Part shown: positions 56,020-64,000 of the stretch, in pieces
Position numbering within the stretch: the stretch's first letter is position 1
Layout: every line of letters starts with the position of its first letter
Origin: Candidatus Accumulibacter sp. 66-26
GTDB lineage: Bacteria > Pseudomonadota > Gammaproteobacteria > Burkholderiales > Rhodocyclaceae
Assembly (NCBI GenBank): GCA_001897745.1
Contig: MKUH01000019.1
Span: forward strand, 250,332 to 314,331
Direction: 5' to 3'
DNA length: 64,000 bases
The notes under the pieces: generated by a model
The model's input: the letters and a program-made list of their open reading frames with translations, nothing else
Databases searched by the model: none
Told to the model about the DNA's origin: nothing
Made by a program: the position numbers and the translations under genes

Positions 56020-57780
56020 ATGACAAACGATCTACGCGAAGGCGCCCGCCTCTATTCGCGACTGTTGAACTACGTGCGCCCGCACTGGCGGATTTTCATC
56101 GGGGCGCTGCTCGCCACGGCCATTGCAGGCGCCATGGAGCCCGCCGTCGCCGCGCTGATGAAGCCTTTGCTCGACGACGGCATCCGCCCCGACGTGGGAA
56201 GCTGGGAGAAAATACTCCTGCCCTTGGCCGTGGTCGGAATTTTCGTCGTTCGCGGCGTATTCGGCTTTCTCGGCGACTACGGCATGGCCTGGATCTCGAA
56301 CGGCGTCGTGCAGGACATCCGCAACGACATGTTCCGCCGGGTTCTTCGTCTGCCCAGCGCCTACCACGAGAAGACCCCCTCCTCGCAGACGATTTCGCAG
56401 ATCGTCAACGACGTCAACGGCGTCTCCGGAGCGGCGACTTCCGTCGTTACCTCGCTCATCCAGGACAGCGTTGCCGTCATCGTGCTGCTCGGCTGGCTGT
56501 TCTACCTGAACTGGAAACTGACGCTCGTGACCTTCGCCATGATGGGCGTCATCGGCATCGCCGTCCGTGCCTACAGCAAAAGAATGCGGCGCCTGAGCCG
56601 CGGCCAGCAGGAAGCCAACGCGCTCGTCATGCACGTGCTCTCGGAAGCGATGCACAGTCTCAAGGTGATCCGCATCTTCGGCGGCGAGGCCTACGAGAAC
56701 AAGCGCTTTGCGGACAGCACCAGCCTGCAACGCAAGTTCGCCATGAAGAGCACCATCGCCTCCGCGTCGATCGGACAGATCGTCCGCCTGTTCGCGGCAA
56801 TTGCCTTGGCCATCGTCATCGCCGCGGTCATGCACCAGGTGGCCGACGACGAAACCACGGTCGGCGGCTTCGTCTCTTTCATCACCGCCATGCTCATGCT
56901 GATTCCATCGCTCAAGCGGCTGTCCGACATCAACGCCCCGATCCAGCGCGGACTGGCCGCAGCGGAAAGTATTTTTTCGCTGATCGACCAGGTCGACGAG
57001 GAAGACCTCGGAACGACCGAACTAAGCAGCCCGCGCGGCCACATCCGCTTCGAGCAGATGAGCTTCACGTACCCGCAGGCGGAAGTGCCTGCGCTCGCTG
57101 GAATCGACCTCGAGGTGGCGCCCGGAGAAACCGTGGCTCTCGTCGGTGCGTCCGGGAGTGGCAAGACGACGATCACCAGTCTGCTCGCCCGCCTGCACTC
57201 TCCGACACAGGGCCGCATCCTGATCGACGGCACCGATATCAGTACCATCACGCTGCGCAGCCTGCGTCGCAATATCGCCCTGGTCAGCCAGGACGTCACG
57301 CTGTTCAACGATACGGTGCTCGCCAATATCGCCTACGGCGAGCAGCACTCGGCCCCCCTGGAAAAAGTCGAGGCGGCAGCGGCGGCCGCGAATGCGCTCG
57401 AATTCATCAAGGCCCTGCCGGAAGGGTTCGCGACGGTGATCGGCGAAAACGGCAACCGCCTTTCCGGGGGCCAGCGCCAGCGTCTGGCGATCGCACGCGC
57501 CATTTTGAAAGACGCGCCCATCCTGATCCTCGACGAAGCCACCTCGGCACTCGACAACGAGTCCGAGCGCCTGGTTCAGGACGCGCTGGAAAACCTGATG
57601 AAACAACGAACGACGCTGGTCATCGCGCACCGCCTATCGACCATCCAGAACAGCGACAAGATCGTCGTTCTGTCGCGCGGGCGGATCGTCGAATCGGGCA
57701 AACACGCCGAACTGGTCGCCCGTAACGGCGCGTATGCCCAACTGCTGCACTCGCAGCCGGAAGCCGTCCTCGCCAAATAA
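56020..57780 (+). CDS. msbA: lipid A export ABC transporter MsbA (permease + ATPase)
   Basis: 586 aa with a six-helix TMD, Walker A GASGSGKTT, the LSGGQRQR signature and Walker B ILILDEATS. Confidence 0.9.
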   Translation: MTNDLREGARLYSRLLNYVRPHWRIFIGALLATAIAGAMEPAVAALMKPLLDDGIRPDVGSWEKILLPLAVVGIFVVRGVFGFLGDYGMAWISNGVVQDIRNDMFRRVLRLPSAYHEKTPSSQTISQIVNDVNGVSGAATSVVTSLIQDSVAVIVLLGWLFYLNWKLTLVTFAMMGVIGIAVRAYSKRMRRLSRGQQEANALVMHVLSEAMHSLKVIRIFGGEAYENKRFADSTSLQRKFAMKSTIASASIGQIVRLFAAIALAIVIAAVMHQVADDETTVGGFVSFITAMLMLIPSLKRLSDINAPIQRGLAAAESIFSLIDQVDEEDLGTTELSSPRGHIRFEQMSFTYPQAEVPALAGIDLEVAPGETVALVGASGSGKTTITSLLARLHSPTQGRILIDGTDISTITLRSLRRNIALVSQDVTLFNDTVLANIAYGEQHSAPLEKVEAAAAAANALEFIKALPEGFATVIGENGNRLSGGQRQRLAIARAILKDAPILILDEATSALDNESERLVQDALENLMKQRTTLVIAHRLSTIQNSDKIVVLSRGRIVESGKHAELVARNGAYAQLLHSQPEAVLAK

Positions 57781-57810
57781 GACCGGGGCCGATCAAAGCG
57801 GACGGGGCGC

Positions 57811-58863
57811 CTAGGCGCGCACGCTTTCGAGCATCTCGATGGCACAGGCGATCACGCGCTCGGCCGGCATTTCCTGTAGGCAACGGCTGAAGCTCGCCAC
57901 ATGGCGGTCACACCCCTCCAGGCGGCACGGGACGCAATCGCCGCCCCCCTGCAGCAGGTAGACGTTTCCGCGCCGGCCGCTGCCACGCAACTGCCAAGGG
58001 CTTTCCGGCCCCTGCCAGGCGGCTGGCCAGGCGCCCCACTTGACCGGATTCGACGGACCGAACAGCGCCACGGTCGGAACGCCGGTCGCAGCGGCCATAT
58101 GCGTCACCACCGTATCGGGACCGATGAAGATCGCCGCGCCGCGCAGCAGATCGCCGATCTGGGCCAGCGACCGCGTCCCGGCCAGACTGCTCGCACCGGT
58201 CGCCTCGGCTATTCTGGCGCAGCACTCCGCATCGTCCGGCGCGCCGGTCAGGAAAACCTGCAGGCCCCGCGCGCGCAGCGCCTGGATCAGCGCGATCCAG
58301 CCGGCTTCATGCCACATCTTGTAGTTGAATTTCGGATGCGGATGACACACCGCGTAGGGCGCCGCAGGTCCGCTTTCGCGTTGTTCAGTGCGGGGAACGA
58401 CGACCTCGGCGCAACGCTCGATACCGAGCCGATCGGCCAGAGCGAGGCCCATCGCTACCGTATGGGTCTCGAGGTCATCGAAGGCAACCCATTGATCCAG
58501 CCACCAACGCTTGCTGGCCGCTTCCCGCGGATCGATGAACCCCAGATGACGGCGTCCCGCCGCCCAACCATAGATACGCGCCCGATCGGAAGGCAGCGCA
58601 GAGAGTGCAAGATCGTAGCGCCGCCACAGAGCGCACAACTCCGAGATGCGCTGTCGCCAACGGGAACGTTCGGGAAAAGCGATGACCCGGTCGATATCAG
58701 GATTGCCTTCGAGCACGCCGGCCGTCCCGCGAAAGACCAGAACGTCAATCCGGGCCTGGGGCCATGCCCGACGTAGCGAACGGATAAGCGGCGTAACGAG
58801 AAGAACGTCGCCGATCCGGCGGGTGCAGACGACGAGGATGCGTTTGGGAGGGGAGAGCGACAC
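57811..58863 (-). CDS. glycosyltransferase family 9 (LPS heptosyltransferase-like)
   Basis: 350 aa with a GTG start. It has the GT9 N-terminus RILVVCTRRIGDVLLVTPLIRSLR and GPDTVVTHMAAA. Confidence 0.85.
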   Translation of the reverse strand: MSLSPPKRILVVCTRRIGDVLLVTPLIRSLRRAWPQARIDVLVFRGTAGVLEGNPDIDRVIAFPERSRWRQRISELCALWRRYDLALSALPSDRARIYGWAAGRRHLGFIDPREAASKRWWLDQWVAFDDLETHTVAMGLALADRLGIERCAEVVVPRTEQRESGPAAPYAVCHPHPKFNYKMWHEAGWIALIQALRARGLQVFLTGAPDDAECCARIAEATGASSLAGTRSLAQIGDLLRGAAIFIGPDTVVTHMAAATGVPTVALFGPSNPVKWGAWPAAWQGPESPWQLRGSGRRGNVYLLQGGGDCVPCRLEGCDRHVASFSRCLQEMPAERVIACAIEMLESVRA

Positions 58864-58931
58864 GTTGGTACAGCCGAGGTTCTATTGCGGACTCATCTAT
58901 AATACGCAGTTTCTCCACAGCCGTCCGATCC

Positions 58932-59864
58932 ATGCCAAAGCTATACATCGACGAGTTCGTCGGCATTTCCAACCGCCTGGAAGTCTTGCCGCTGGCCTTC
59001 GCCCTGCAGAAAGCGCACGGCCATGAAATTGTTCTCGACTGGCACGAGCTCGACTCTTTCTCGGTCGATGGCACCCGGCGCGGCAAAGTCCGCCTTCTCG
59101 CGCGCATCGGTGCCGAGCGGGTGCGCGATTGCGACCGAGCCCGTTTCGATGCCCTCGCGGGACGCAAGATGATACTCCGCTCCCTCGACGGACCGCCCGA
59201 GCTGCTTGACCCGATCTATCTGGAAACCGGCCGCCGCGTCAAGCTGGCGCCACACTTGGCTGAGCACATTCGCACCACTTTTTCGGCATTGAATGGCAGA
59301 CCGCTCGTCGGCGTTCATGTGCGCCACGGCGACTACACGCTGGGCGACGAAAACACCTATCGCGTCGACCGCGAGTGGCCGGCCGTCCCCGTCTGGTGGT
59401 ATGCGGAAACCATGCGGGCAATCAAGCGCGCGCAACCCGACGTCGCCTTTTTCCTGTCGTCGACCGGCGACCCGCGCGCATTCAGCGAACTGTACGAAGG
59501 CCTCGACGTCATTTCTCTGTCAATGCGCTCGCCCTACGGCTACAAGGGCAACGACCATGCCTCGGAAGTCAACCCGGTTGCCGACCTGTTTGCGCTCGCC
59601 TGTTGTCCGACCATCCTGGCCACCCCCATCTCCGGCTACTCGCACTGGGCCGCCAACGTTCTGGGGCCACCCAGCGACTGTCTCGTGCCGCTGGATGGCG
59701 CAACGCGTGAACAGCCCCTGCGCGGCCTCGTGCACCTTTACGGATCGCGCCTGCCGCGCTGGCGCGCAGCGGGCCGCACCGGTTCGGACACGCAAGCGCT
59801 GGGGCTGCCGGACGGCTTTGGCGGAGTCCGCCTCGACCGCCCAGCCGACTTCGGTTGGTTGTAG
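58932..59864 (+). CDS. hypothetical glycosyltransferase, fucosyltransferase-superfamily-like (GT11-type motifs)
   Basis: 310-aa ORF with HVRHGDY (nt 59316-59336) and a later DLFALACCPTILATPISGYSHWAA segment. These resemble the HxRRGDY and SNSTFSWWAA motifs of alpha-1,2-fucosyltransferases. Confidence 0.6.
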   Translation: MPKLYIDEFVGISNRLEVLPLAFALQKAHGHEIVLDWHELDSFSVDGTRRGKVRLLARIGAERVRDCDRARFDALAGRKMILRSLDGPPELLDPIYLETGRRVKLAPHLAEHIRTTFSALNGRPLVGVHVRHGDYTLGDENTYRVDREWPAVPVWWYAETMRAIKRAQPDVAFFLSSTGDPRAFSELYEGLDVISLSMRSPYGYKGNDHASEVNPVADLFALACCPTILATPISGYSHWAANVLGPPSDCLVPLDGATREQPLRGLVHLYGSRLPRWRAAGRTGSDTQALGLPDGFGGVRLDRPADFGWL

Positions 59865-59871
59865 GGCGGGC

Positions 59872-60960
59872 ATGGTCCAACGCGTCCTCTTCACGGAAAG
59901 CTCGCGCAACGTCGGCGGGCAGGAGCTGCAACTGTTGGCGCAAGCCGACACCTTGCGCGCTCGCGGCATCGAGCCGCTCATCCTTTGCCGCGCGAATGGA
60001 CGAATGGCAGAAGCATGCGCTGCCCGCAATCTGCCAACGGCTCCGGTGCCCTTCCGCAACAGCCTGCATCCACCGAGCGTTCTTGCGCTAGTCAGGCACC
60101 TCGATGCATTCCGCCCAGACGCGCTGATCTGCCACAGCGGCCACGACGCGAACAACGCCGCACTCGCCGCCCGCCTCAGCCGACATCGACCGCGCCTGCT
60201 GCGTGCCCGCACCTACCAGCACGGATTGCCGCACGCCTGGACCTACAACGTCCTCGTCGACCGCACCCTGGTCCCCAGCCAGGAAATGCGTAAAGCGCTG
60301 CTTGCCAACCCACGCATCCGGGAAGAACGTATCGCCGTCCTCTACCCGGGGATCCCCTTTTCCGACATCGACCGCCGTGCCGTCGAAGCGCTGCCGCCAG
60401 CGCTCGCCGAACGCTTGGCCCGCGCGCCGCAAAGGCGCATCGTGCACGGTGCCATGCTGCGGCATGAAAAGGGCCACCTGTTCATGCTCGACGTCGTTGC
60501 CCGCGTCGTGCGCGACTTCCCGAACCTGTGCTACGTCATCGCCGGCGAAGGCGAACTGCGCTCGGCCATCGAAGCGAAGATCGCGGCACTCGGCATCGGC
60601 GCCCACGTCGTCCTGGCCGGCATGGTCGACAACCTGCCGGCGCTGATCCAGCGCAGCGAACTGCTGGTAATGCCGTCCACCTACGAACCCCTGGGGATGT
60701 CGCAAATCGAAGCGCTCGGCCTTGGCATTCCGGTGCTGGCCAGCCGCACCGGCGGCATCCCGGAAACTGTCAGCCACGAGCGCACCGGACTTCTATTACC
60801 TCCCGGAGACGGTGCGGCATGGAGCGCGGCCTTGGCGACGGCGCTACGGCAGCCGCAGGAAATGCAGGCGCTCGCCGCCGCCGGGAAACTCGACGTACAG
60901 AAGCGCTTTTCACTCGAAACCAATATCGATCAGCTTCTGGAGCACATCTCCGGCCGCTAG
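59872..60960 (+). CDS. glycosyltransferase family 4
   Basis: 362 aa from MVQRVLFTESS. It has a GT-B C-terminal EX7E-type region (PSTYEPLGMSQIEALGLGIPVLASRTGGIPE). Confidence 0.85.
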   Translation: MVQRVLFTESSRNVGGQELQLLAQADTLRARGIEPLILCRANGRMAEACAARNLPTAPVPFRNSLHPPSVLALVRHLDAFRPDALICHSGHDANNAALAARLSRHRPRLLRARTYQHGLPHAWTYNVLVDRTLVPSQEMRKALLANPRIREERIAVLYPGIPFSDIDRRAVEALPPALAERLARAPQRRIVHGAMLRHEKGHLFMLDVVARVVRDFPNLCYVIAGEGELRSAIEAKIAALGIGAHVVLAGMVDNLPALIQRSELLVMPSTYEPLGMSQIEALGLGIPVLASRTGGIPETVSHERTGLLLPPGDGAAWSAALATALRQPQEMQALAAAGKLDVQKRFSLETNIDQLLEHISGR

Positions 60961-60977
60961 CCGCTTGTTCCCAAGGA

Positions 60978-62225
60978 ATGCGTTTCTTGACCCACGCCGA
61001 CACCATCAACGCCCGCCCCGCCCGCGCGCATGCCACCGCGGCATGGGCCGCCGCCATCATGGGGGGCACTCTGCCGATTTCGACCGCAGGCGACAATCTC
61101 ATGCTGGCTCTCGTCGTCCTCGCCTGGATTTTCTGCGGCGACTGGCGCGGCAAATGGCAGCGTGTGGCGGCCAATCCGCCGAGCCTCGCCGCGCTCGCCT
61201 TTGTCGCTCTGGCCGCCCTGGGAACGTTTTGGGGACTGGGGTCGGGCGCCGCCCGCCTGCACTACTTCGGCAAATATGCCGATCTCGCGCTGGTTGCGCT
61301 ACTCGTCTCCCTTCCGCTCACCACAGGCGAGAAACGGCGGGCGCTCGCCGGCTTCGCGCTGTCCATGGGCATCACCCTCCTGCTTTCCTACGGGCTAAAG
61401 CTCGGACTCATCCCTCTCGCCTGGCTGCCGGAAGGTCGAACACCCGACAACCCGACCATTTTCAAGCTGCATATCACGCACGGGATGTTCATGGCGCTCG
61501 CCAGCCTGCTCTACCTGGTCTATGCCCAGGAGGCTAGCGACCGGCGCTGGCGCCTGCTGTGGAGCGCCGCCGCGCTGCTCGCGGCGGCAAACGTTCTGAT
61601 GACGCAGGGAAGAACCGGGCACCTGGCTTTGCTGGCGATCGCCGGCTACCTCGGCTTCCGTCGTTTCCGCAGCCGTTTCACAGCGCTCGCCGTCATCGCC
61701 GCCCTCCTTGCCCTGGGGGCGGTCAGCCTGTTCCCTGAATCCGCCGCCCTCAGCCGCCTGCAAACCGGCATCCAGGAGATCCGGGACTGGCAGCCCGGCC
61801 AGCCGGACCTTGCCTCGTCAATGGGGACCCGCATGCAGTACTACGCGACAACGCTGGAAATCATCGCGGACCATCCCCTGGCCGGAGTCGGCACCGGCGG
61901 TTTCGCAAACGCCTACCAGGACAAGACCGTCGGCACCCAAATTCCGCCGTCCAACAATCCGCACAACCAGTACCTGCTCGCCCTCGCGCAATTCGGCCCA
62001 GTGGGACTGATCGTCCTGCTCGCGATCTTCGTCGTCGCCTGGCGTACGGCGCGCCGCCTGCCACCGAGCGAGGCGCTACTCGCAAAGGGTTTCCTGATCG
62101 CATTCGCGATCGGCAACGCCTTCAACTCCTTCCTACTCGACCATGCGGAAGCGCTCATGTTCGCCTGGATGCTCGGCGTGCTCTACAGCGGACTCCGCCG
62201 CCCCGACCAAATGCGAACGACCTGA
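60978..62225 (+). CDS. O-antigen ligase (Wzy_C) family membrane protein
   Basis: 415 aa from MRFLTH behind AAGGA. It has many TM segments and a periplasmic loop with NPHNQYLLALAQFG, typical of WaaL-like ligases. Confidence 0.8.
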   Translation: MRFLTHADTINARPARAHATAAWAAAIMGGTLPISTAGDNLMLALVVLAWIFCGDWRGKWQRVAANPPSLAALAFVALAALGTFWGLGSGAARLHYFGKYADLALVALLVSLPLTTGEKRRALAGFALSMGITLLLSYGLKLGLIPLAWLPEGRTPDNPTIFKLHITHGMFMALASLLYLVYAQEASDRRWRLLWSAAALLAAANVLMTQGRTGHLALLAIAGYLGFRRFRSRFTALAVIAALLALGAVSLFPESAALSRLQTGIQEIRDWQPGQPDLASSMGTRMQYYATTLEIIADHPLAGVGTGGFANAYQDKTVGTQIPPSNNPHNQYLLALAQFGPVGLIVLLAIFVVAWRTARRLPPSEALLAKGFLIAFAIGNAFNSFLLDHAEALMFAWMLGVLYSGLRRPDQMRTT

Positions 62226-62241
62226 AAGCAGGCCACAGAAC

Positions 62242-64000
62242 TCAATGCGCCTCGTCCCAGTTCGCCCCCACCCCCACCTCGACCGCCAACGGCACGCGTA
62301 ACGCGGCCACCCGCGTCATCAGCGACGGCAGTTCGACGCGCACGCGGCTCAACTCATTGTCCGGCACTTCGAGCACCAGTTCGTCGTGCACCTGCATGAC
62401 GAGCTTCGTGCGCAGTTGCTCGCGGTCGAGCCAGCCCTGCACGGCGATCATCGCCAGCTTGATGAGGTCGGCGGCGGTGCCCTGCATCGGCGCGTTGATC
62501 GCCGCGCGCTCGGCGCCCTGGCGGCGGCCGACCTGGCTGGCGCGGATATCCGGCAGCCACAGGCGGCGGCCGAAGACCGTCTCGACGTAGCCGTTCATCT
62601 TCGCCGTCGCGCGCGTGTTCTCCATGTAGCGGGCGACGCCCGGGTAGCGCGCGAAGTAGCGCTCGATGTAGGCCTGTGCGGCGCTGCGTTCGAGGTCGAG
62701 CTGGCGGGCAAGGCCGAAGGCGCTCATGCCGTAGATCAGGCCGAAGTTGATGACCTTGGCGACGCGCCGCTGGTCGGGGCCGACTTCGAGCGGCGTCACG
62801 CCAAAAATCTCGGCGGCCGTCGCGCGGTGCACGTCCTCGCCCTGCGCGAAGGCTTCGAGCAGGCGCGCGTCCTCCGAGAAGTGCGCCATGATGCGCAGTT
62901 CGATCTGCGAATAGTCGGCCGAAACGATCTTGCTGCCTTGCGGCGCGACGAAGGCGGCGCGGATGCGGCGGCCCTCGGCGGTGCGCACCGGAATGTTCTG
63001 CAGGTTGGGGTCGCTCGATGCGAGGCGGCCGGTCACCGCCACCGCCTGCGCGTAGCTCGTGTGTACGCGCCCGGTCTCGGCGTTGACCATCTTCGGCAGC
63101 TTGTCGGTGTAAGTCCCCTTGAGCTTCGCGAGCTGGCGCGATTCGAGCAGGATCTTCGGCAGCGGGTAGTCGAGCGCGAGCTCGGAGAGCACCTCCTCGT
63201 CGGTCGACGGTCCGCCGGAGGGCGTCTTCTTCTTCACCGGCAGGCCGAGCTTGTCGAACAGGATCTCGGCGAGCTGCTTCGGCGAGTTGACGTTGAACGG
63301 CTGCCCCGCCGCCTCGTAGGCGCGCTGTTCGAGTTCGAGCAGGCGCGTGCCGAGCTCATGGCTCTGCTGCGCGAGCAGCGCGCCGTCGATCAGCACGCCG
63401 TTGCGCTCCATGCGGAACAGGATGTCGCGCGCCGGCATCTCGATCATGCCGTAGATGCGCGCCAGGCCTTCGTCGGCGGCGATCTGCGGGTGGAGGCGGG
63501 CGTGCAGGCGCAGGCACAGGTCGGAATCCTCGGCGCCGTACGCGGCAGCCTGTTCGACCGCCACCTGGTCGAAGCCGATCTGGTTCACGCCCTTGCCGCA
63601 CAGCGCCTCGTAGGGAATCGTCGCGAGCCCCAGGTGGCGCAGCGCGAGCTGGCCGAGGTCGTGGCCGCGCACGCCTTCCTTGCCCGATTCGAGCACGTAG
63701 GACTGGAGCAGCGTGTCGTGCGCGACGCCGGCCAGGCGGATGCCGTGGTTGGCGAAGACGTGCTGATCGTACTTGAGGTTCTGCCCGATCTTGGCGTGCG
63801 CCGACGACTCCAGCCACGGCTTGAGCCGCGCCAGTACCGCGTCGCGCGGCAGCTGCTCGGGCGCGCCGGCGTAGTGGTGGGCGAGCGGAATGTAGGCCGC
63901 TTCGCCCGGCGTTACGGCCAGCGAAAGGCCGACGATGCGCGCCGCGAAGGGATCGAGGCTGGTCGTTTCGGTGTCGAGCGCGGTCAGCGGCGCCGCCTCG
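62242..64000 (-). CDS. polA: DNA polymerase I, C-terminal part (gene continues beyond the window end)
   Basis: Pol A motifs are present (SADYSQIELRIMAH, RRVAKVINFGLIYG, QVHDELVLE). The reading frame stays open upstream of 63696 to nt 64000, into 3'-5' exonuclease-like sequence. Confidence 0.95.
   Translation of the reverse strand, partial: EAAPLTALDTETTSLDPFAARIVGLSLAVTPGEAAYIPLAHHYAGAPEQLPRDAVLARLKPWLESSAHAKIGQNLKYDQHVFANHGIRLAGVAHDTLLQSYVLESGKEGVRGHDLGQLALRHLGLATIPYEALCGKGVNQIGFDQVAVEQAAAYGAEDSDLCLRLHARLHPQIAADEGLARIYGMIEMPARDILFRMERNGVLIDGALLAQQSHELGTRLLELEQRAYEAAGQPFNVNSPKQLAEILFDKLGLPVKKKTPSGGPSTDEEVLSELALDYPLPKILLESRQLAKLKGTYTDKLPKMVNAETGRVHTSYAQAVAVTGRLASSDPNLQNIPVRTAEGRRIRAAFVAPQGSKIVSADYSQIELRIMAHFSEDARLLEAFAQGEDVHRATAAEIFGVTPLEVGPDQRRVAKVINFGLIYGMSAFGLARQLDLERSAAQAYIERYFARYPGVARYMENTRATAKMNGYVETVFGRRLWLPDIRASQVGRRQGAERAAINAPMQGTAADLIKLAMIAVQGWLDREQLRTKLVMQVHDELVLEVPDNELSRVRVELPSLMTRVAALRVPLAVEVGVGANWDEAH

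Overview
This is a dense, high-GC chromosomal segment with betaproteobacterial-looking gene content and order (an inference from the proteins and synteny, not from any search). I support about 60 protein genes, one 6S RNA candidate and one cobalamin riboswitch. I recognised no rRNA, tRNA, CRISPR array, IS element, integrase or phage gene. The supplied ORF track prints M for GTG and TTG starts, and many of its long ORFs are antisense or out-of-frame GC shadows, so I re-derived starts by reading the codons.

Gene order across the window:
- 1-3 kb: pyrR, pyrB and a dihydroorotase-like gene.
- 3-7.5 kb: yggU-yggT-proC-yggS (minus strand), divergent from pilT-pilU.
- 7.5-10 kb: a THUMP methyltransferase, hemJ and an SDR gene.
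- 10-12 kb: a 2Fe-2S/FNR reductase plus a degenerate EAL-HDOD signalling protein.
- 12-17 kb: livFGMH and a lipoprotein LivK with a repeat tail.
- 17-21 kb: cytochrome c, a LysE exporter, ilvD and lgt.
- 21-33.5 kb: a malonyl/methylmalonyl-CoA block (malonyl-CoA decarboxylase, an epimerase-like VOC protein, a 530-aa unknown, pccA, pccB, meaB, B12-dependent methylmalonyl-CoA mutase, GntR, crotonase).
- 33.5-35.7 kb: TSUP, EVE-domain gene, 6S RNA, zapA and a TIGR02449-like coiled-coil gene (all minus strand).
- 35.8-56 kb: a cobalamin uptake and late-assembly cluster (riboswitch-btuB-btuCD-cobO-cobB-bluB, then btuF-cobD-cbiB, cobQ, cobU, cobT-cobS-cobC). It is interrupted by about 5 kb of unrelated LysR-controlled genes and by a uspA gene.
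- 56-62 kb: an LPS core locus (msbA, GT9, a fucosyltransferase-like unknown, GT4, O-antigen ligase).
- 62-64 kb: the 3' part of polA.

I do not see a clear-cut novel multi-gene system such as a defence island. The best second-look candidates are:
- a small Cys-rich ORF with its own palindromic box behind a TSUP transporter;
- the 530-aa unknown that shares an AT-rich control motif with the methylmalonyl operon;
- the 6S RNA terminator fused to an EVE-TSUP gene pair;
- the repeat-tailed LivK lipoprotein;
- a GT11-like glycosyltransferase in a lower-GC LPS locus.
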